DNA of 64,000 nucleotides. It comes from Oligoflexia bacterium (lineage in GTDB: Bacteria; Bdellovibrionota; UBA1018). Both the position numbers and the translations under genes were made by a program. Below, piece by piece: positions 27,306 to 34,071 of the stretch (position 1 is its first letter; each line of letters starts with the position of its first letter). The notes under the pieces are model-generated. The model saw nothing but the letters and a program-made list of their open reading frames with translations, searched no databases and was not told the DNA's origin. Where the stretch lies: the NCBI GenBank assembly GCA_014378465.1, contig JACMNQ010000065.1:5186-69185 (forward strand). Reading direction: 5' to 3'.

Positions 27306-28454
27306 ATGGCAATCAGACCCGATCAGGAAATTCCCAAACTCAGCAAGGAACTCTGCAACAAGCTCCTGTTGGATCTTGAAAAAGCGAAACGTCCGGTCCT
27401 CTATGCGACCAAATGCTCGCTCGACAACGCGCTTTACAATCACAAGGTGGGGTACCTCACTCCCGGACCGAAGAAAGTGGCCACTGAACTGAACGTCAGT
27501 TCGGTGAAGAAGATGTCGCGCGCGATCTTCATGCTTGAGATCATCCTGCGCAACATTGACAGCGGTGGTGTGAACACGAAGCGCGAGTTGTACTACATGA
27601 GCAAGGGTGAAATTAAGCACAATTCGATCCTGAAGCCTCTCGACTTCGGCGATCAGGATGAATCTGATGGAACCATCGATTTCATCTGCGAGCTCCTTGA
27701 ATGTTACCGCGAGGACCTGAACTGTTACGCAAATGACCGAGGCGGTCAGACTTACTCCCAGCAGCTCGTCGTGACGGAAACCCTCCCGGATGGTGACACT
27801 GCCGTCATCGATCTCGGAAAGCTCGGAACGACTCCGTTTCAGCCCAAAAATCGTCCCCAGAATCTCAAGCTCAAAGCGAAGGAAAAGATCGATTTTTGCC
27901 TGATCGTCGAGTCCGAAGGTACAGCCAACACTCTGGTCGCCAATGGATTCACGAAACGCCATCCCTCGATCCTGATGGGTGCGCAGGGCGTTCCATCCAA
28001 TGCGGTTCGCGGTTGGTGCAAGCTGATTCAGGATCAGCTCAATATCCCGCTCTATTTCTTCGGCGATCTGGATGCGTACACGATGCAGAACATCTTTCGC
28101 ACGCTCAAGGCCGGCTCTGCCGCGTCCCTGATCCGAAATTCCGATTACTCCGCGCCGGATGTCAGATTTCTTGGGGTTTTGCCTGAAGACATCAAGAAGT
28201 ACGACTTGCTCGATTATCCCGTGAAGGAAAACGACGCGCAGGAAGTCCGCGCACTCAAGAAGGCGCAGGATGCTCTCAAAAACGATCCCTTCTTTCAAGA
28301 CAAGCGCAACAAAGGCCTCACCGAGATCCTCAACTGGCTCCTCAAGAACAAAAGACGTTGTGAGCAGCAGGCTTTCTTCACCGTCAATCCTCGTGATCCC
28401 CAGATGCCTGAGAAGATCATCATGGAGAAGATCAAAGCCGGGAAATTCGTCTGA
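27306..28454 (+). CDS. top6A: type IIB DNA topoisomerase VI subunit A (Spo11/Top6A; 5Y-CAP + Toprim)
   Basis: Catalytic-tyrosine motif RELYYMS, Toprim acidic motifs LIVESEG and FFGDLDAY. Begins 8 nt after top6B, the same B-then-A order as the archaeal operon. Confidence 0.8.
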   Translation: MAIRPDQEIPKLSKELCNKLLLDLEKAKRPVLYATKCSLDNALYNHKVGYLTPGPKKVATELNVSSVKKMSRAIFMLEIILRNIDSGGVNTKRELYYMSKGEIKHNSILKPLDFGDQDESDGTIDFICELLECYREDLNCYANDRGGQTYSQQLVVTETLPDGDTAVIDLGKLGTTPFQPKNRPQNLKLKAKEKIDFCLIVESEGTANTLVANGFTKRHPSILMGAQGVPSNAVRGWCKLIQDQLNIPLYFFGDLDAYTMQNIFRTLKAGSAASLIRNSDYSAPDVRFLGVLPEDIKKYDLLDYPVKENDAQEVRALKKAQDALKNDPFFQDKRNKGLTEILNWLLKNKRRCEQQAFFTVNPRDPQMPEKIIMEKIKAGKFV

Positions 28455-28499
28455 TCTTTTGATTGCATGATCACACAGGGGTCCGATCTGAAAAATCTG

Positions 28500-28532
28500 A
28501 AGCCGTCACTCCGCTGGGGTGGCGGCTTTTTC
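28500..28532 (+). terminator. rho-independent terminator after top6A
   Basis: 12-bp GC-rich stem (AGCCGTCACTCC-gct-GGGGTGGCGGCT, two G-U pairs) followed by TTTTTC, 45 nt after the top6A stop. Confidence 0.55.
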
Positions 28533-28992
28533 ATTCCAGCGCATGGGGGTTGGGGACGGGCCGTTCGTGGATCGTGAATTGCTCGCACGCCATGAAGCTC
28601 CTGAGCTTCCCCATGAATAGGGATGCAGCGGCGCCATAGTTGAGCGGGAAGTGCAGGTTTGCGAAAGAGTACATGATCCAGAGTGAAGCTGAGGTGCGTA
28701 CGATTCCGACCATGAGAAGTCGATAGGTGTGTTTCGTTGATGCACTTCTGTGCTCGACGACTGCCAGAGATGAAGTCGCTTCCGGCGAAAGTTTGTAGAT
28801 CATCAATCCCAGAAAAACCAGGAGTCCCAGGGCCCAACGATTCGAAAAATCGATGACCAGTGTCCCGCCGAGCGCGACCGCAAGGATAAAAGCGACGAAA
28901 AGCAGGCGTCTGGGCATCCTGTTCTTTTTCCGCGGAACTGCCACTTGAGAAAGATCCAGTTTTGTCACGGGAGCTTCGATGGGATAATCCAT
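28531..28992 (-). CDS. hypothetical membrane protein
   Basis: Start chosen at the internal MDYPIEAP with a GAGG RBS. Three predicted TM segments. No recognised domain. Confidence 0.4.
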   Translation of the reverse strand: MDYPIEAPVTKLDLSQVAVPRKKNRMPRRLLFVAFILAVALGGTLVIDFSNRWALGLLVFLGLMIYKLSPEATSSLAVVEHRSASTKHTYRLLMVGIVRTSASLWIMYSFANLHFPLNYGAAASLFMGKLRSFMACEQFTIHERPVPNPHALE

Positions 28993-29248
28993 GTCCTCAT
29001 TCTGTTCCAGATGGGATTTCTTGTGAAGCGGTCGCAATGTCAGAAATCTTGCCGTATGAACCACCACTCGGTGAGTTGCCTGAACGCGGTGGGAGACTTG
29101 GAACTGGACTGTTTGCACCACTCGCATGAGGATGTGCGGGTGCAGGGGGAGTGAAGTGGGTGCCTGCTCTGGATTTGAGTCCGGCTGCAGAGTCATCTTT
29201 TATGATTCTAAGTTCTCATGCTCATTTTCCAAAGCCTGGTCATAGTGT

Positions 29249-29881
29249 TCAGTGGAGGATATTTTGCAAGTCTATGCGTTGACTGGATTTGAAAGGAGAC
29301 TGGGACGATTGGGCGGATGACTTGATTGAGGACTCCCCACTCAGCAGTTCAAAAACTTTCGCACGGGTGCCCGCTCGGATGATTCCGAAGTCGATCAGTT
29401 CTTCGCCGATGCAGGGAATGCCGAGCTTCTCCTTGACCCGAATGGCGCCAATGTTCTGGACGGGTGTCTTGAAGAGAATGCGCTTCAGATCGAAACGTTC
29501 GAAAAAAACCTGGCAAGCTTTCGGATAGCTCCGTAGTCCCAGCCCCCGATTTCGGAAAGTGGGATTCCACACGTGCGCATGAAAAATGCCGTGGTCGCCC
29601 TCAATCAGTGGAAAGAGGGTGTGCACACCCACGGTCCGTCCGTCGCAAGTGATTGCGAGAGCGTGGAGTTTGGAAGTCGAGAGCAGACAATTGTCGGTGA
29701 TATTCTGAAGAGTGCCGCGGGCCATTTCGGCTTCAGTCGGTAACTTCGACAGGTCTACGCCCATTCTTTCAACGAAACCGGGAGGAGAGCGGTACCAGTA
29801 GTCCAGCATCAGGGGGACATCCTGCTCCGAGAGATCACGTACTGAGATGTGCTCAGTCGAGAGTGGGCGGGAAACAATCAT
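29249..29881 (-). CDS. GNAT family N-acetyltransferase
   Basis: GNAT core (GVHTLFPLIEGD...RNRGLG). Start chosen at the internal MIVSRPL, which has a GGAGG RBS 7 nt upstream. Confidence 0.65.
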   Translation of the reverse strand: MIVSRPLSTEHISVRDLSEQDVPLMLDYWYRSPPGFVERMGVDLSKLPTEAEMARGTLQNITDNCLLSTSKLHALAITCDGRTVGVHTLFPLIEGDHGIFHAHVWNPTFRNRGLGLRSYPKACQVFFERFDLKRILFKTPVQNIGAIRVKEKLGIPCIGEELIDFGIIRAGTRAKVFELLSGESSIKSSAQSSQSPFKSSQRIDLQNILH

Positions 29882-29906
29882 CCTCGAGCCTCCAAAAAGG
29901 TCCCGC

Positions 29907-30296
29907 TCAAGACTTCTGAATCCCATCCCGAAACGCGGACTCAAACTTGATCCAGCTTCGTATATCCTGATCAGGCAAACCATTTTCCCGCAACACTTCC
30001 TCGAGAATTCGAAGCCGCCGATCAAAATGGCCAGCGAGAATGGGGGCAAGTTCGAGGTGCGCCTGGGCAGGAGCTTTACCGGAGTATGAGAAGCTGCCGC
30101 CCATGGCTCGCATGAGGAACTGTTTCTGCTTTTCGGCGATAACGTCGACGTCCTTCCCATCGAAGAAAAAACCGATGAGGATGTCATCACGCATGCGCGC
30201 GTAAAAAGTGTGAAGGATTTTCGAGAGACCCGTTTCTCCGCCGATTTTTTCGTAAATGGCCTTGAGCTCGGGTTTGCTGACGGAGATCTCTTTCAT
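29907..30296 (-). CDS. group I truncated hemoglobin (2/2 Hb)
   Basis: 129 aa. trHb pattern: Phe/Tyr B-helix pair (FYARMRDD) and proximal His region (...AHLELAPILAGHF). Confidence 0.6.
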   Translation of the reverse strand: MKEISVSKPELKAIYEKIGGETGLSKILHTFYARMRDDILIGFFFDGKDVDVIAEKQKQFLMRAMGGSFSYSGKAPAQAHLELAPILAGHFDRRLRILEEVLRENGLPDQDIRSWIKFESAFRDGIQKS

Positions 30297-30311
30297 TTCA
30301 TTCTTTCTGAG

Positions 30312-31202
30312 TCAGAACGCCTGGGCCTTGGCCTGAATCCAGGAGTAGAAGAATACTGCGTCGGGATCGTCCTTCAGACGTTCCAGTTCCTGTTCCATCT
30401 CGTCGACGATTTCCTGAGTGACTTTTCCCGCTTCGATCAGGCCGGCCGCGCCGCTGAGGAGGAGGTTGATCCAGTACTCAATGAACTGCGCGCGCTGCTT
30501 GGGCGCGCGGTTGTCGTAGTGGTGAATGAGATTTTTGGTCGTGATGTTCTGAAATCCCGCAGCCATCAGGTAATTGGCGAGCTTCGCACCCACGAAAGGA
30601 TCTCCTTTGAGATTCCATTGATGGTCGTTGAAAGCAAACCAGTATTGAAGTGTGGCCGGGCTGTACGGATGGACGTAGAAGGAAGAGTTGAGAACTTCGT
30701 TGCAGTAAATCGTACCGCTCGGCTTCATCACGCGGCGGATTTCGCGGAGAATTTCGATCGGCTCCTGAACGTGTTCAAGAAACCAGCAGACGAAGGCTCC
30801 GTCGAAGGCATCTTCTTCGAAGGGGAGGTGGAGCGCGTCGGCGACGTCCAGCTTCAGACGATTGGAACTGAGGTGAGAGGCGAGGTGATTGCGGGCACGC
30901 TTGACTTGAGCCTCAGAGGCATCAAGTCCGTGGATGAAAAGCTGGGGAAAGCGCTCGAGGAGAATTTCCGTCTGAGCTCCCACCCCGCAGCCGACTTCCA
31001 GGACCTGATGCTGTTGAGAGAAATCAATATGTTCGTAAACGCTTTTTTCGAGGAAACGAGCCTGCTTGTAGAGCCGGTCCTGTTCATCAGACGAATAACC
31101 GTGTAGGTAGCCCGGGGCCACTCCCGTTGCGGGTTTCGTTTTTGACGGACGGGGAGGACGTGCAGCTGGAGCCGCGTGAGCGGGCTTTTTCTTCATCGCC
31201 AT
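30312..31202 (-). CDS. class I SAM-dependent methyltransferase with Lys/Pro-rich N-terminal tail
   Basis: Motif I VLEVGCGVG and post-I acidic LD. N-terminus MAMKKKPAHAAPAARPPRPSKTKP. Begins 45 nt downstream of the histone-fold gene on the same strand. Confidence 0.75.
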   Translation of the reverse strand: MAMKKKPAHAAPAARPPRPSKTKPATGVAPGYLHGYSSDEQDRLYKQARFLEKSVYEHIDFSQQHQVLEVGCGVGAQTEILLERFPQLFIHGLDASEAQVKRARNHLASHLSSNRLKLDVADALHLPFEEDAFDGAFVCWFLEHVQEPIEILREIRRVMKPSGTIYCNEVLNSSFYVHPYSPATLQYWFAFNDHQWNLKGDPFVGAKLANYLMAAGFQNITTKNLIHHYDNRAPKQRAQFIEYWINLLLSGAAGLIEAGKVTQEIVDEMEQELERLKDDPDAVFFYSWIQAKAQAF

Positions 31203-31247
31203 CGTAACCTTTTCATGACCTCAACAGGCCGTCTGTAAAACCCGGAA

Positions 31248-31466
31248 TTACATGAAATCGCGGTCCATGACGGTCTTGCGACCTTCACGTTTCGCGTTTT
31301 CAATGGCCTGGTCACACAAAGCACGCACTTTGTCGGACAGAGCGCTGATCACGGCGCCAGAAGTGTTCATTCCAGACTTGGCACGGATGTAGTTTTTCAG
31401 CTTGGAAGCGACTACGAGAACTTCTGCGCCATCAGTACCGGTGTTTTCTTGGTTTTCGTTTTCCAT
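31248..31466 (-). CDS. bacterial histone-fold protein (Bdellovibrio HBb / DUF1931-like)
   Basis: 72 aa. LVVASKLKNYIRAKSGMNTSGAVISALSDKVRALCDQAIENAKREGRKTVMDRDF resembles the histone fold (alpha1-L1-alpha2-L2-short alpha3) including the (A)GRKT(I/V)xxxD signature of archaeal HMf-type and Bdellovibrio histones. AGGA RBS. Confidence 0.6.
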   Translation of the reverse strand: MENENQENTGTDGAEVLVVASKLKNYIRAKSGMNTSGAVISALSDKVRALCDQAIENAKREGRKTVMDRDFM

Positions 31467-31487
31467 TTGAGATTCCTTTGCTTCTTT

Positions 31488-31527
31488 GTATTTCTGGGTA
31501 TTTCTGGGTATTTCTGGGTATTTCTGA
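31488..31527. repeat. tandem 10-bp repeat x4 (GTATTTCTGG; CCAGAAATAC on the coding strand) immediately upstream of the histone-fold gene
   Basis: Three perfect copies plus a fourth with one mismatch, 22-61 nt upstream of the histone ATG, within the 85-bp spacer after the FKBP gene. Confidence 0.85.
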
Positions 31528-31551
31528 AAAATCGATGAAATTAAGGATTCC

Positions 31552-32046
31552 TTATTCGACGTTCAGGAGTTCAACGTCGAAGATCAGAGTCGCATTCGGA
31601 GGAATGACTCCGCCGGCACCTTGAGCGCCGTAACCCAGCTTCGCAGGGATGGTCAGCTTGCGCTTGCCGTGAACTTTCATTCCAGCGACGCCCTGGTCCC
31701 AGCCTGCGATGACCTGCTGAGCGCCGAGCACGAACTTGAACGGCTGGCCGCGATCCACGGAGGAGTCGAACTTTTTGCCATCAGTCAGAGTGCCCGTGTA
31801 ATGCACGGTCACGGTTTTTCCAGCGACGGCTTCTTTGCCGTCTCCCACTTTTTGGTCTTCAATTTTCAGTTCAGTCACGTCGGCAACTTTCTGGTTGGTG
31901 TTCGCGCTGGTTGAAGCCGTGGTGTTGCCACCAGCGGGAGCTTCAGCATTTTCCTTCTTGGTGCATCCAGCGGTCACAGTGAGAGCTGCGGCAATCGCGC
32001 CAACAGCCAATAACGAGTTTAAATTCTTCATGAGTTCTCTCTCCAT
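31552..32046 (-). CDS. FKBP-type peptidyl-prolyl cis-trans isomerase lipoprotein
   Basis: Signal peptide with lipobox TAGC, and an FKBP domain (TVHYTGTLTDGKKFDSS...FDVELL). Confidence 0.8.
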   Translation of the reverse strand: MERELMKNLNSLLAVGAIAAALTVTAGCTKKENAEAPAGGNTTASTSANTNQKVADVTELKIEDQKVGDGKEAVAGKTVTVHYTGTLTDGKKFDSSVDRGQPFKFVLGAQQVIAGWDQGVAGMKVHGKRKLTIPAKLGYGAQGAGGVIPPNATLIFDVELLNVE

Positions 32047-32163
32047 TTGATCTTAAAACAGCTTGGGTTAGGTCTGTAGAGTGGCATAGGTTTTTGAGAT
32101 CCGCGAGCCCAGAATGGTTTAAAAGCGTATTCAGGTTCAAGTTGTGCGTTGCGTGATTTGACG

Positions 32164-32940
32164 TCAAGCTCCAGCGCGGGGCGGCGAATTCTGCCGAAGC
32201 TTCAGGCCAAGGACCTGGGCATGATCGCGGAGAATTCGAATCACTTCGTCCGGATCATCTGTGAGAGTGAGGAGGTCGAGAGACTCCGGACCGATGGTTC
32301 CCTCACGGAGCAAAGTGTCTTTGAACCAGTCCAGGAGCCCTTTCCAGTAATCGCTGCCCATGAGGATCACCGGGAAGTCGTAAAGCTTGCCGGTCTGTAT
32401 GAGAGTCATCGCTTCCGAAAGTTCATCGATTGTTCCATAGCCTCCGGGCAGGATGATGAATGCGGATGAGTATTTCACGAGGATGACTTTGCGGACGAAG
32501 AAGTAATAGAAGGTCACGACCTGGTCGACATAAGGGTTCGAACTCTGTTCATGGGGCAGAACGATATTCACACCGATGGACTGCCCGTTGGCTTCTTTTG
32601 CTCCTCGATTTGCAGCCTCCATCAGCCCAGGGCCGCCTCCGGTCATGACTGCGAAGCCAGCGCGAGCCACTGCCGAGCCGATGGCCTGAGCTTGAGCGTA
32701 GTAGCGATGGTTTTCAGGAAAACGTGCGGAGCCGAAAATCGTCACTGCCGGCCCGAGGTCATGAAAAGCTCGGAAGCCGCGGACGAATTCCTGTCCAATC
32801 CGCAGAATCCGCATGAGCTCACGCGTACGGGAGCGTCGCGTGGCGAGAAAGAGCGCTTCTCCCTGGAGATCGCTCATTCGGCGGACACGGGCTCGAGGGC
32901 TGAAGAATTGCCTCCATTCAAGCAGGTTTAAGAGTGACAT
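32164..32940 (-). CDS. LOG family protein (cytokinin riboside 5'-monophosphate phosphoribohydrolase-like / TIGR00730)
   Basis: PGGYGTIDEL motif and a Rossmann-like fold. Start chosen at the internal MSLLNLLEW; the 95-aa N-terminal extension in the ORF track is low-complexity. Confidence 0.75.
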   Translation of the reverse strand: MSLLNLLEWRQFFSPRARVRRMSDLQGEALFLATRRSRTRELMRILRIGQEFVRGFRAFHDLGPAVTIFGSARFPENHRYYAQAQAIGSAVARAGFAVMTGGGPGLMEAANRGAKEANGQSIGVNIVLPHEQSSNPYVDQVVTFYYFFVRKVILVKYSSAFIILPGGYGTIDELSEAMTLIQTGKLYDFPVILMGSDYWKGLLDWFKDTLLREGTIGPESLDLLTLTDDPDEVIRILRDHAQVLGLKLRQNSPPRAGA

Positions 32941-33023
32941 CGTATCCCTGGTTCTAGAGGGGTTGCGTGCAGGAGTCAAACGCAGCTTGACTGGGTATCC
33001 ACTGATGTTATTCCTGAAGACCC

Positions 33024-34031
33024 ATGAAACTTCTGCCGCGCCTGACGAATACTGTTTCCATGCTCGTACTGCGTGCTGCAAGTCTCCTGAGTCTCTTGAG
33101 TCTCTTGGTGCTTCTGCTGGCGCCCAGTGCCTTCTGTTTTCAGCTGGATACGGAAGTGGCGGGGGCGGGGATCCTGAAGTGCAAAGCATACCTGCGTCTG
33201 CCTGCGGGTGCCGCAAGAGGTTCAAGTGCGCCTCGCAAGTTTCCTCTCGTGGTGGAACAGCGGGGAACCGGCATCTACTCGACTCACGATCTCGCAGGTC
33301 CCGTTCTCTACGCGCTGGTCAGGGAAGGCAAAGCCGCACTGCTCACGATCGACAAGCCCGGAATCAGTGTGCTGCTCGACGGAGAACTCCGAGTGGACCG
33401 TCAGACCTACCTGCAGCACACTCAGCGTGATCTCGTGGAATGTCTGGATCATGCCATCACCTGGGCTTCGCAGGATCTGCATGTCGGCACGGCTTCTGAC
33501 GTCTACTTCTTCGGCCACAGCGAAGGCACTCAGGTTCTTTCTCGTCTCTACCTGAAATTCCTGAACGAACGAGCCGCGATGCTCTCGCGCGTGAAAATGA
33601 TTCAGCTCAGCGGCCTGATCCTGAATTCCTGGAAGGACATCCTGGACTTTCAACTCAAGCAGGACACGACGATCCATCGTTTTGAGTTCTGGCATGCGAT
33701 GGAGACGAAGAATGACACTCGTCTGATTCAACTGGCGGAACTGGGGCACGTCTACTTTGAGGACATCTTCGCGACTGAAACCAACCTGGACACTCTGAAG
33801 GAAATCATTCGGAGAGCTCCAGGCGTTCAGTTCCAGATCTATCAGGGACTCAAGGATGAGCGGACGGAAGCGGGACCGGTTCAGGCCTTCGAAGACTTCA
33901 ATGAGAGCCAGCGAAAAAAAGGTTTCCGGCACCTGAAGATCAAAGCGCGCTATTACCAGGCGATCCATGCCCTGAGCGCGACCGCGAAAGCCGACGTCCT
34001 GTATGCTCTGTTTTCGCACTTAAGTGATTGA
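33024..34031 (+). CDS. secreted alpha/beta hydrolase
   Basis: Leu-rich signal peptide and nucleophile elbow GHSEG (GxSxG). Confidence 0.55.
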   Translation: MKLLPRLTNTVSMLVLRAASLLSLLSLLVLLLAPSAFCFQLDTEVAGAGILKCKAYLRLPAGAARGSSAPRKFPLVVEQRGTGIYSTHDLAGPVLYALVREGKAALLTIDKPGISVLLDGELRVDRQTYLQHTQRDLVECLDHAITWASQDLHVGTASDVYFFGHSEGTQVLSRLYLKFLNERAAMLSRVKMIQLSGLILNSWKDILDFQLKQDTTIHRFEFWHAMETKNDTRLIQLAELGHVYFEDIFATETNLDTLKEIIRRAPGVQFQIYQGLKDERTEAGPVQAFEDFNESQRKKGFRHLKIKARYYQAIHALSATAKADVLYALFSHLSD

Positions 34032-34071
34032 TTTTGTGGACTGGCTTCCGTCTAGACTGTAAGCGTTATAA

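Noticed and set aside
27111-28298. 395-aa minus-strand ORF
   Set aside because: Antisense to top6A and the 3' end of top6B, both of which carry unambiguous catalytic motifs.
30210-31106. 298-aa plus-strand ORF
   Set aside because: Antisense to the SAM-methyltransferase and truncated hemoglobin genes.
33222-34019. 265-aa minus-strand ORF
   Set aside because: Antisense to the alpha/beta hydrolase gene.
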